From positions 1 through 37,847 of the forward strand of contig NW_021835860.1 in the NCBI RefSeq assembly GCF_006345805.1: DNA of 37,847 nt. Direction: 5' to 3'. This document shows, in pieces, positions 1 through 10,580 of the stretch. The notes under the pieces were generated by a model that worked only from the letters and a program-made list of their open reading frames with translations, ran no database searches and had not been told where the DNA came from. This DNA is from Octopus sinensis (lineage: Eukaryota). Both the position numbers and the translations under genes were made by a program. The first letter of the stretch is position 1. The number at the start of each line of letters is the position of its first letter.

Positions 1-831
1 GTGGGTATAAAAGGTTGAATGCGGATGACTCCCATCACTGTAACACAAGGATAGGAACAAATAGACATGAAACTCATAGGTCCAACTTCTCTGCTCTTTT
101 TTTAAGCTCTCATTTTTCTCTTTTCTGCACTGATGGTACTTTGATATTTGCAAATTCTGAAAATGAATTTATATCTATGTATGAAACGATTGTATGCATG
201 AATAACATCTTACAAAACTTTTTAACATTTTATCTTCCCATTTTTGGCCAATATGATTAGATTTGTATAACTTCATTCTATAACTGAATCATACACTTAA
301 TATGTATATATATGAGTGTGTGTGTTTGTGTGTCCATGTGAAAGTGTGAATGTGTCTGTATGTATATGTGTTTATATCAGGAGTGTGTGTATGCATGTGT
401 GACTATGTGTACTGTTGTGTCTCCTTGCCTTGGTTTTGCATGATAATTATAAATGAGTGTCACTGACACACAAGCAATGTCACTAATTTCCAATATTATA
501 TGAGAACATGTCTAGCAGGGTGGGTGGTGTTTTTCGAGGGCTAAAGTGAAGAAAAAAGCATTGTGACCAGCGATGTGTAACAACACCTGACAGTCTAGTC
601 GGTCATATGGTTACATGATATATAATCTAGACAGGACAGGTAAAATCCCAGGTGTTTCCTTTTGTTTTTTTTTTATTTTGTGTCTCTTGCATGTTTATCA
701 AGCATGTAAAACTTTGTAATTCCTATTAGCAAATGAAACATATGTAATGGTGAATAAATAATACCAATAAATTTTCCAACTTCCTGCTTTGTTATACATA
801 CATACATACATACATACACACACACTACTAA

Positions 832-1299
832 ATGTCTTCTATACTGAGAATCTCTGGATCTTGGAAATCCACTGGCCCAATGGTTTCCCTTCATGGTAGA
901 ATTAATAGTCAAGACTATTTAAGCATTTTATCTGATCAAATTCATCCTATGATTGCGGAATTGCTTCCAGATGGAAACGTAATCTTTCAGGATGATAATG
1001 CACCAATTCACACAGATAAAGCTGTTACTGAATGGCATGAGGAACATTCTAGTGAAGCTGAACATCTGATTTGGCCACCACAGTCCTCAGGTCTCAATAT
1101 TATTGAACACTTATGGTGCATTTTAGAAAAACAAGTAAGGAGTCAATATCCTCCACCATCATCACTACAAGAACTGAAGACTGTTTTAGCTGAAGAATGG
1201 AGAAAAGTTCCTGTGGAAGCAATTCAAACTCTGTACAAGTTCATACCTCATAGAATTCAAGCTGTAATTACTGCCAAAGGTGGTCCTACCCCATGTTAA
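832..1299 (+). pseudogene. Tc1/mariner DDE transposase, C-terminal part (5'-truncated)
   Basis: ORF has Tc1 motifs W-KSTGPMVSLHGRINS..Y, IFQDDNAPIH, WPPQSSGLNIIEHLW and RIQAVITAKGGPT. The SPDLNPIE motif has decayed to SSGLNIIE. The N-terminal DNA-binding domain and first catalytic D are missing; the ORF start abuts a (TACA)n/(CA)n tract. Confidence 0.93.
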
Positions 1300-1350
1300 A
1301 ATAATTTCTTTGAAATTTTAAAGTGTTTCCATTATTTTGTCCAACCCCTG
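845..1350 (+). mobile_element. 5'-truncated Tc1-like DNA transposon with right terminal inverted repeat
   Basis: The transposase is followed by AGTGTTTCCATTATTTTGTCCAACCCCTG (1322-1350; reverse complement CAGGGGTTGGACAAAATAATGGAAACACT, a Tc1-type terminus) and then TA at 1351-1352, the Tc1 target dinucleotide. No matching left TIR seen. Confidence 0.88.
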
Positions 1351-2010
1351 TATATATATATATATGATGTATGAATATGTTTGTATGTCTTTATGTATGT
1401 GTATATGTATAAATAAATGTATATATATATATATAGATATATATATATATATTTATATATATGTATATCTATATCTATATATCTATATATGTATCTGTTT
1501 GTCTATATATATATATGTATTTAATAAAGCTTCTGTTTATGTGTGTTATATTTACATGAATATATATATCATTGTGTGTGTGTATAAGTGTGGAAAACAT
1601 GCCAAAAACTGAAGGCTGGTCTACTTTGAAATTCAAAAATACACCGATATATGTATACAAACATTGCACTTTTCATGTTGGATAGCATGTTTGTTTTGAC
1701 AGAAGTCAGATATGGCAAACACTTTTCACCAAGATAAGGAAGAAACTCAAAAGATGCATATGATATATACATATATATGTGTGTGTGTGTATGTATATGT
1801 GTGTATGTGTGTATACATGTATATGTATATACATATAAATAAATACATACATATATGCATACAAACATGTGTTTGTATATATTTATATATATTTACAATA
1901 TCTAGTCACATAAATACATGCACACATATGTATAAATGTATGGATATATATAAATATATACACATACATAGTATAATATTTATACATACATATACACATT
2001 ATATGTATAG

Positions 2011-2050
<40 letters not shown>

Positions 2051-2160
2051 ATAATATATATATAGTTTTATAATTATATATAATATATAATATATAATTG
2101 TGTATTGCATATATAATATATATATATACTATATATATATATATATACCATCACACACAC
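1351..2160. repeat. Compound (TA)n/(TG)n/(TATG)n microsatellite field
   Basis: Direct inspection; source of the YIYI/CVCV/THTH ORFs. Confidence 0.9.
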
Positions 2161-2698
2161 AAATGTATATGGGGATAGAGGAGTGTGTGTACAAATATAA
2201 CTGATTCAAAAGGTCCCTTTAACTTTAATATAAAGTGTCTAACAACCAAGATCAGTTGAGTCCATTTGATCCTCTTCATATACATATTTCATCTCCACCT
2301 TTCTCTAACTCATTGTTACACTTCCCACATTCTCATCACAGACTTAAATTATCTTCCCATTCTATTCCTTAACCCCTCTCTCTTTCTCTCTCCACCCTTA
2401 ATTGAAATAGCCCTGTTGGCTGCTATAACTCAGAGATTCCTGGATAGCCAGTCCACAACTATGTTACCACACACTGCCAGCTATATGAACCACATGAGGC
2501 AGATAAGCCAGTTAAGCTCAGATAATTGAAAAAGGCTACCGAAACACTGCTATATTGTGGGCAACAAGTATTTTCTCATCTTTTTATCATGAGATTTTCT
2601 GAAATTCCATAAATCAAAACATACACACACACACATATTACACATAATACGAAAATGTGCACAAAATACATTGATGATAAATAAGTACATACAATGTT

Positions 2699-3018
2699 CT
2701 GTGCCGGTGGCACGTAAAAAGCACCATCCGAACGTGGCCGATGCCAGCACCGCCTTGACTGGCTTCCGTGCTGGTGGCACGTAAAAAGCACCAACCGATC
2801 ATGGCCGCTGCCAGACTCCCCTGGCACCTGTGCTGGTGGCACGTAAAAAGCACCCACTACACTCACGGAGTGGTTGGCGTTAGGAAGGGCATCCAGCTGT
2901 AGAAACACTGCCAGATCAAGACTGGAGCCTGGTGCAGCCTCCTGGCTTCCCAGACCCCGGTCGAACCGTCCAACCAGTGCTAGCATGTAAAACGGGCGTT
3001 GAACGATGATGATGATGA
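2699..3018 (+). mobile_element. RTE-type LINE 3' end (or RTE-tailed SINE) with three ~62-67 bp tandem units and (GAT)n tail
   Basis: GTGCYGGTGGCACGTAAAAAGCACC at 2701, 2768 and 2830, then GTGGTTGGCGTTAGGAAGGGCATCCAGC...AAACGGGCGTTGAAC(GAT)n. The same sequence follows the RT remnant at 8031-8236. Confidence 0.8.
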
Positions 3019-3048
3019 AAGATTCCTCAGACTGAACCAAATGCTTAA

Positions 3049-3268
3049 CCCTTTAGCATTCACATTTCTTTGTCAAATGTATTTCCTATATATTCACCTT
3101 GCTTTGAATTAACCACACATTATCTTGTAGCCTTGAGATTTCTATGGTGTGTTTGTATATTTTTAGAATGACATTGTGGGGTAGGTTTGAAAGTTTGGAT
3201 CTGGTCAGGTTTAACATAAAACAGGTAAAATATTTGGGCCAGATATGGCCGGATTAAATGCTAAAGGG
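3049..3268. mobile_element. TTAA-flanked MITE (piggyBac-like ends)
   Basis: Perfect 12-bp TIR CCCTTTAGCATT (3049-3060) / AATGCTAAAGGG (3257-3268), with TTAA on both sides (3045-3048, 3269-3272). 220 bp, non-coding. Confidence 0.88.
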
Positions 3269-3466
3269 TTAAAATCTGATATTAAATGCAGGGACCACAG
3301 GATCTGTATAAATAAGAGTAGGGTACAAGCAATCTAGTGGTAGAAATATGTTATAAATTAGTTTGATACCAAGCAACTCTGCTCATATTTTGTCTTATTA
3401 TATCTATTTATATTGGTGCAGCTATGGCTGTAAGAGGAGATGTGGCTACAGAAGCAACCAAAGCAA

Positions 3467-3620
3467 CAGGCTGTGTGGAAATAGATCTGCTTCCCAGGCA
3501 TATGGTTCCAGGTTCAGTTCCACTTCAGAGCACCTTGGGCAAGTTTCTTTTTCATCTAAATCTAGCCAAAGCCTTGTGGATGAATTTGGTAGATGGAAAC
3601 TGAAAGAAGTCTCTGTGTGT
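3467..3620 (+). mobile_element. SINE family A, decayed 5' half
   Basis: GGCTGTGTGG...GGTTCCAGGTTCAGTTCCAC...CACCTTGGGCAAGT...GGAAACTGAAAGAAG aligns by eye to the full copies at 5569-5980 and 17468-17898. Confidence 0.75.
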
Positions 3621-3643
3621 ATATATATATATGTGTGGGTGTG

Positions 3644-3678
<35 letters not shown>

Positions 3679-3707
3679 ATATATATATATATATACATAT
3701 ATATATA

Positions 3708-3906
3708 CTGGCCCCCATGCCAGTGGCACGTAAAAAGCACCCACAACACTCTCACAGTGGTTGGCATTAGGAAGGGCATCTGACAGTATAAAACATTGCC
3801 AGATCAGATTGGAGCCTGGTGCAACCACTTGCTCTCCAGACCTCAGTCAAACCGTCTAACCCTTACCAGCATGGAAACAGACATCAAATGATAACAATGA
3901 TGATGA
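3708..3906 (+). mobile_element. RTE-type 3' end fragment with (GAT)n tail
   Basis: GGTGGCACGTAAAAAGCACCCACAACACTCTCACAGTGGTTGGCATTAGGAAGGGCATC...; same family as 2699-3018. Confidence 0.8.
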
Positions 3907-3930
3907 TATATATATATATATTATATAATA

Positions 3931-3961
<31 letters not shown>

Positions 3962-4026
3962 CATCATCATCATCGTTTAGCACACACATATATATATACA
4001 CATGTATATATATATATATATATATA

Positions 4027-4070
<44 letters not shown>

Positions 4071-4355
4071 CTATATGGTTTCTTTGCTGAATTTGCTACC
4101 TGAAGATGATACTCTCGTAAAATCTATAAATCTGTTCACATTACTAATAGCGAATGTAAATTTAGTTATTGATTCTGAAAGTTCTGCTCCTTTCTTTATA
4201 ATTTTGCAAATAATGTAGCAAGAATTGAGCAGAAGGAAATTTCGGTCCATCTCAATAAATATGAGATGAATTAATTTTAACATACCTGCCAGCGCCAATG
4301 TGTATAATAAATAGTAAAGCTTGCATTGTTGGAACTGTTGATGAAGGCAGTGTCC

Positions 4356-4370
4356 AATAATAATAATAAC

Positions 4371-4432
<62 letters not shown>

Positions 4433-4460
4433 TAATAATAATAATAATAATAATAATAAT
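4356..4460. repeat. (AAT)n microsatellite
   Basis: Near-perfect AAT run; explains the poly-Asn ORF at 4326-4526. Confidence 0.95.
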
Positions 4461-4685
4461 GGATATATGGAATATGTATATTTATTTCAATGTATGCTTA
4501 ACCAGATTTATTTTCTTTGTGTCTGACATTCATTGCTGTTTTTACATTACTGTGTATAATACTAAGATATGTGAATGGGACGTGTCACACTCAGTTCTTT
4601 GATAAAATTATTGTACTAAGATTATATTCTTGCTGCATCTATGAAATATTTGGCTTTATATCACATATATCCATATAGATACATG

Positions 4686-4729
<44 letters not shown>

Positions 4730-4899
4730 TAAATATGTATGCGTGTGAGTAATATATATATATATATATATACATACACGAGTGTATGAGAGTATATATA
4801 TATGCATGCATAAACATACACATATGTACCTATGTATATATATATAACATATATCTATATATATATATATCATGCACACATACCTATATATATCTATCT

Positions 4900-4959
<60 letters not shown>

Positions 4960-4962
<3 letters not shown>

Positions 4963-5277
4963 GAGGCACAAGGCCTTGTGGTTAGAGCAGCTGACTCACG
5001 GCTGAGGGATCGTGGGTTCGAATCACAGACAGGGCAATGTGTGTGTTTATGAGCAATACACACCTAAGCCCTTCCCGGCTCCAGCAGAAGGTAATGGTGA
5101 ACTTCTGCTGACTCTTTCGCCACAACTTTCTCTCACTCTTTCCTCCTGCATTTTGCAGCTCAACTGCAATGGACTGGTGTCCCGTCCAGGTGGGGAACCT
5201 ATATGCCAAGGAAACCAGGAAAAACGGCCCTTATGAGCCAGGCATGGCTTGAGAATGAGCAAACAAATAACAACAAA
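4960..5277 (+). mobile_element. tRNA-derived SINE family B, full-length looking
   Basis: Pol III A-box-like TGGTTAGAGC and B-box GGTTCGAATC. Body has ACTGCAATGGACTGGTGTCCCGTCCAGG, resembling the V/Meta-type conserved SINE domain. Tail is (CAAA/AAC)n. Head shared with 8730-9036, 14480-14664 and 31203-31370. Confidence 0.8.
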
Positions 5278-5317
5278 TATATATATATAATAATATTCCT
5301 CCATCATTGTTGATGAC

Positions 5318-6209
5318 GACCAGGACATGGTAGAAGATGGGAGAATAAATGAGTCACAGTGCATCGACTTTTCTAATTGGAAAGATCTGTCACTTGTCGG
5401 GTACTGGTGGTCTGCCATGTATTAAGGTAAGTAGGTGGCCCTAGACTTGCATGTGCATACATGCACACGCACATGTATACCTACATATATGAACATATAC
5501 ATATATATATATATATATAAACATATATAAACATATATAAACATATATAAACATATATAAATATATTATTCTTTTACTCTCTTTTACTTGTTTCACTCAT
5601 TTCACTGCGGCCATGCTGGAGCACCGCCTTTAGTCGACCAAATCGACCCCGGGACTTATTCTTTTGTAAGCCCAGTATTTATTCTATCGGTCTCTTTTGC
5701 CGAACCGCTAAGTGACGGGGACGTAAACACACCAGCATCGGTTGTCAAGCAATGCTAGGGGGACAAACACACAAACACATGCACACACATACATATACAT
5801 ATATACATACATATATATGACAGGCTTCTTTCAGTTTCCGTCTACCAAATCCACTCACAAGGCATTGGTCGGCCCGAGGCTATAGCAGAAGACACTTGCC
5901 CAAGATGCCACGCAGTGGGACTGAACCCGGAACCATGTGGTTGGTTAGCAAGCTACTTACCACACAGCCACTCCTGCGCCTATATATATGTATATATACA
6001 TATACTTATATATATGTATATATACATATACATATATGTTCATATATGTATGTATGCATGAGTGTGTGTGCATGCATGCACATGCAAGTCAAGAGCCACC
6101 TACCTGGCAGACTACCAGTGCCCGACATGTGACAAGATCTTTCCAATTAGAAAAGTCAATGCACTGTGACTCATCTTCTTCTCCCATCTTTTTCTCCCAT
6201 GTCCTGATC
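5318..6209. repeat. Long inverted repeat: ~180-bp arms at ~5318-5500 and ~6030-6209
   Basis: Left arm GACCAGGACATGG...GAGTCACAGTGCATCGACTTTTCTAATTGGAAAGATCTGTCACTTGTCGGG...GACTTGCATGTGCA is the reverse complement, with scattered mismatches, of the right arm. The ORF track shows the same peptide RSFQLEKSMHCDS on opposite strands (5047-5418 minus, 5988-6263 plus). Confidence 0.9.
5569..5980 (-). mobile_element. tRNA-derived SINE family A, full-length
   Basis: On minus: GGCGCAGGAGTGGCTGTGTGGTAAGTAGC head, CCGGGTTCAGTCCC B-box, CORE-like TCTTGGGCAAGT, central (TA/TG) tract, and 3' GGCGGTGCTCCAGCATGGCCGCAGT...(GTAAAAGA)n tail. Confidence 0.9.
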
Positions 6210-6443
6210 ATATATATATATTTCTTTATTGCCCTGGCCATATATATATGGCTGCGTGGATAAGAAGCTTGTTTCTCCGACATGTCATGATTGAGTTCAG
6301 TCATGCATCATTTTGGGCTAGTTTCTTCTAATATAAAGCCAGGCTGACCAAAGCGTTTGGAGGGGACTTAGGTGATGGAAATTGAAAGAATCCCATTGTA
6401 CTCCTATTCGTGTGTGTATATAATATATATATATATGTGTGTA

Positions 6444-6798
6444 TTCCGGGTTCAGTCCCACTGCGTGGCACCTTGGGCAAGTGTCTTCTACTATAGCCTC
6501 GGGCCGACCAAAGCCTTGTGAGTGTATTTGGTAGACGGAAACTGAAAGAAGCCCATCGTATATATGTATATATATGTGCGTGTGTGTGTTTGTGTGTCTG
6601 TGTTTGTCCCCCTAGCATTGCTTGACAACCGATGCTGGTGTGCTTATGTCCCCATTACTTAGCGGTTCGGCAAAAGAGACCGGTAGAATAAGTACTGGGC
6701 TTACAAAAGAATAAGTCCCGGGGTCGAGTTGCTCGATTAAAGGCGGTGCTCCAGCATGGCCGCAGTCAAATGACTGAAACAAGTAAAAGAGTAAAAGA
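6444..6798 (+). mobile_element. SINE family A, near full-length young copy (head truncated); older head fragment at ~6248-6400
   Basis: TTCCGGGTTCAGTCCCACTGCGTGGCACCTTGGGCAAGTGTCTTC...GGCGGTGCTCCAGCATGGCCGCAGTCAAATGACTGAAACAAGTAAAAGAGTAAAAGA. Confidence 0.9.
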
Positions 6799-8017
6799 TA
6801 TATATATATGTGTGTGTGTGAGTGTGTGTGTGTGTGTGTGTGTGTATGCAATATATACAACATATATGTTATATGTATATATAATATGTATAAAATATAA
6901 TTTGTCGAACTGATAACTGTGAATATAATAGGCTGTGATCTCGTATAATATGTATATATATTTTATATATATAGTATATTTTTGTGATGCATGTACATAT
7001 GATATATACACAAATATAGATACATACAAACTAAGTATGAGTGTATGTGTGTCTGTGTATGCATATCTCTCTATCTATTTGTCTATCTATCTCTGTCTCC
7101 TCCCTCCCTCTCTCTCTCTGTATATATATATATATGTGTGTGTGTGTTTATATATATATATATATATAATATATCTATTAGAAGAAGTAAGTTACTAGAT
7201 TATTTTTATTGTAGGAGATACTCTTGAGAGTGAAGATGTCAATGGCATATTTTATTTTTTGTTAATTTTTTCTTTTTTTTTTCTTATTTTCTTATATCTC
7301 TTGAGTTGCTTTCTTTCCAGGCAGACACTTAAATCTTGAATCATTGAATAAATGAAACACCTCCACTTCTCCTCCACTCTCTCTCTCTTTCTCTCTCTCC
7401 TTTGCTATCTTTCTGTCCCTCCCTCTCATTCTTCTCCTTCTCCATTTCACCATTAGTTTCTTATTAGTTTTTTATTAGTTTTTTTTTCTTTTTTTTTTTG
7501 TTACCATCCTAGACCATGTCCCCACGGGATTTCAGCCTTGCATAAATAAAGACAGCATCGAGTAAAATTACTCTTGAAAAGTCTGTTTGCTCAGTTCTTT
7601 CAATGCAATTGGTGAGGTGCCATTGAAAAATTCTTGTGATATAAAATTCTAATCTTAGATAATCAGAACTGACTTATTCCTTTACATTAAAAGGAACTTT
7701 GGTTTTTGCTTCTTGTTGCAACTTTTATGATATTCATGTTGATCTGATGGCATCATTGATATTACTGCTGTTATTGTTGTTGTTGAACTTTTATTGCCAT
7801 TGATGTTTTTTTGCTGTTTTTGTTTATCTGATTTTTTTTTTTTTGCTTCTGTTGCTGTTGTTATTGTTGCTTTCACCATTGCTGTTGTTGTTATTGTTCA
7901 ACGTTGGTATGTTAAATAGCCTTACTTGGCAATGGAGAACATATCAGACAAAATATCTTGTGGTATTTTCTAAGAAAAAGTATTTGAGTGGACTTCATAG
8001 ACAAAACTAGAAAGAAG

Positions 8018-8713
8018 GCCATCATATAATATGGATAAGGACAGCTATGTGAAGAAGCATCACATCCTAACAGTAGAGGGAACCTGTGGAAGAAGTAGAC
8101 CCAGGAAGACATGGGATGACACAGTGAAGTATGACCTTCGAACTTCGGGCCTCACAGAGGCAATGATAAGTGATCTTTGGAGATAAGAGACCTTTGGAGA
8201 TATGGTGTATTTGAGAAGACCCAGCAAGCCAAGTGAGATCATAGCCATGGCCAATGCCAGTGTTGCATAACTGTCCCATTCAAAATCACCCTTCGATCGT
8301 CGGGCAATATGCTGTGCATGTTTTAGACCCGTTGAACCAAGTGAAATTGTAGTCAAGGGCGATGCCTGTGCTGCCTGACTGGCACCTGTGCTGGTGTCAT
8401 GTAAAAGACATCATTTAAACGTGGCTTATGCCAATGCCCCTTGACTGGCTCCTGTGTTGGCGGCATGTAAAAAGTACCATTCGAGTGTGGTTGATACCAG
8501 TGCTGCCTGACTGGCTTCCATGCCAGTGTCACGTAAAAAGCTCCCACTACACTCTCAGAGTGGTTGGCATTAGGAAGGGCATCCAGCTGTAGCAACCTTG
8601 CCAAATCAGATTGGATCCTAGTGCAGCTTCTTGGCTTGCCAGTCCTCAGTCAAACTGTCCAACCCGTGTTAGCATGGAAAGCAGACATTAAACGATGATG
8701 ATGATGATGATGA
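8018..8713 (+). mobile_element. RTE-clade LINE 3' fragment: RT C-terminus, 3' UTR and (GAT)n tail
   Basis: From 8031: MDKDSYVKKHHILTVEGTCGRSRPRKTWDDTVKYDLRTSGLTEAMISD, then after a short duplication/frameshift DLWRYGVFEKTQQAK* (stop ends 8236). GRPRKTW...DL and RxxWR are typical of the RTE ORF end. The UTR carries the tandem units seen at 2699-3018. Confidence 0.88.
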
Positions 8714-8729
8714 ATATACACATATATGA

Positions 8730-9036
8730 TGGACTCTCCAGTTGAAGATGATGTATGACCAGTCGGCTTTTGCTGACCGACCTCCACAAATGATTTGCTT
8801 ATTGTGACCAAATGTTCATGCCACACATTATCTCATTTATCTCATTGTCTCCATCAAATCGATGTTGTCTGAACAGGTGCAAGGTGTGCTGAATGTCAGG
8901 TGTTGAAGTGATCACAGAACAACGCAAGCTGAAGTGTTTTGCTCCAAAACACAACACACCACCCAATCTAGTAATTGAAGTCACAATCTCGCAATCATGA
9001 GTGTAAGACCCTAACCACTAAGCCATGTGCCCTCAC
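8730..9036 (-). mobile_element. tRNA-derived SINE, family B head with a different body
   Basis: Minus strand GGCACATGGCTTAGTGGTTAGGGTC...GTGTTTTGGAGCAAAACACTTCAGCTTGCGTTGTTCTG matches the head of 14480-14664. The 3' boundary is uncertain. Confidence 0.6.
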
Positions 9037-9180
9037 ACACACGCATATACACATATATGCATACATATATATATATATACACACACACGCACACACAATA
9101 TATATGTATACATACATATATATATACACACACATATATATGTATACATACATATATATATATACACACACATATATATG

Positions 9181-9230
<50 letters not shown>

Positions 9231-9449
9231 TACACACACACACACACACGCACACACACAAACACATAGATATATGGAGAGAAAAGCAGGTAAGAATATT
9301 GGAGAATTTGTTTTACCATCTGAAAATGCACCTGAATCTCAAAATATGTAGTTATTTTAAAACTTTGTAAGAGATTTATTCAAATATGAAACTGGTTTCG
9401 ACAATATTTTTCTTAACCAATGGTAAAATAATATATGTATATATATATG

Positions 9450-9482
<33 letters not shown>

Positions 9483-9733
9483 ATGTGTGTATATATATGT
9501 ATATATGTATATATATATATATATAGAGAGAGAGAGATAGTTACATACGTACATATATTTGTATGTACATACATACATACATACATACATACATACATAC
9601 ATACTGATAGATGCAGTCATGATTAACAACTGCAACAAGAATAACAAGAGCTTATCACCTTCTTTCAAATAACTCACACACAAGTTGATCTTTTTCTTTT
9701 TTTTGTTACTAATTGGTAAATGTAAACATTTAA

Positions 9734-9935
9734 CCATTTTGGTAGCAACCTGCTTGCAACTACTCCACTTTCTAGAAATAAACTTCCTGTTTTAAAAGGT
9801 CTGAATTAATATCTTGATTTATGTTTCAAACACCAGCTTAATATTGACAAAGTTATTTTGCAAAATTTTTAACTATTATCAGAATTCATTAAAATAAATG
9901 CAGCATATTTCAACAGAAATACAGTAACAGGTGTG
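9734..9935. mobile_element. Decayed TTAA-flanked MITE
   Basis: TTAA at 9730-9733 and 9936-9939 with degenerate ends. Internal sequence resembles pieces at ~22550-22630 and ~22955-23041. Confidence 0.45.
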
Positions 9936-9980
9936 TTAAAGGATGTAGGAGTTAAATGGCAAATGTGCAATGATCTAGTC

Positions 9981-10580
9981 CAGTGTTCTCAACTGGGGTC
10001 TATCTGGCCACTGTGGGTCCATATAAGAATTTTGGGGGATTCATGCAATAAAATCGTAAAGTGGGGATCTACCATAGAATTTTAAGGTCCCTTGAAAATA
10101 TGCTGCTTTATATGTATGCTTTGGTATGTATTGCAAGAAACAGCTAGGTTTCATTCTCTAGTATTTGCCATAGTTGAACCTACACAAGTTAATGTGTGGA
10201 AAAACGGGACCAACCAAAGCCTTGTGAGTGGATTTGGAAGACAGAAACTGAAAGAAGCATGTCATATATATGCATATATATATTTATGTAAGTGTGTGTA
10301 TATGTTTGTGTGTGTGTTTGTCTCCCCAACATCGCTTGACAACCGATGATGGTGTGTTTACATCCCTGTAACTTAGTGGTTCAGCATAAGAGACCAATAG
10401 AATAAGTACTAGGCTTACAAAGAATAAGTCCAGGGGTCGATTTGCTCAACTAAAGGCGATGCTCCAGCATGGCCGCAGTCAAATGGCTAAAACAAGTAAA
10501 AGAGAGTAAAAGAGAGTTTCTATAAAACTAGTTTATAAATTCAGAATGGCTATAGGGGTCCGCCAGAATAAAACAATAAT
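9981..10580. mobile_element. hAT/Charlie-like MITE remnant interrupted by a SINE
   Basis: Begins CAGTGTTCTCAACTGGGGTC after ATCTAGTC (NTCTAGNN-type site). Resumes after the SINE with GGGGTCCGCCAGAATAAAA...AAAGGGTTCCATAG. Right TIR not clear. Confidence 0.45.
10207..10516 (+). mobile_element. SINE family A, 5'-truncated
   Basis: ACCAAAGCCTTGTGAGTGGATTTGG...GGCGATGCTCCAGCATGGCCGCAGTCAAATGG...(GTAAAAGAGA)2. Confidence 0.88.

Noticed and set aside
650-690. GGTGTTTCC...TATTTTGT resembling the Tc1 terminus
   Set aside because: Same orientation as the right TIR, short and degenerate; not a left TIR.
2701-2854. CRISPR-like pattern: 25-bp repeats separated by 37-42 bp
   Set aside because: The spacers resemble each other, the block recurs as an RTE 3' UTR throughout the window, there are no cas genes, and the context is eukaryotic.
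2550-3040. Recurring peptide LDALPNANHSxSVVGAFY in several minus-strand ORFs, suggesting a gene family
   Set aside because: It is the antisense translation of the RTE 3' UTR repeat.
4071-4350. 75-aa minus ORF and a CAG|GTATGT donor near 4285
   Set aside because: No recognisable homology and no convincing acceptor (it abuts (AAT)n); could be a very old LINE end but cannot be supported.
4960-5035. Possible tRNA gene (A and B boxes)
   Set aside because: No complete cloverleaf or acceptor stem; it continues into a SINE body with related copies elsewhere.
7181-7570. Plus-strand GAA|GTAAGT donor (7187) and acceptors at ~7216, 7320 and 7512
   Set aside because: Following frames close within 2-30 codons, the upstream exon would be 5 nt inside a microsatellite, and T-rich DNA produces such sites by chance.
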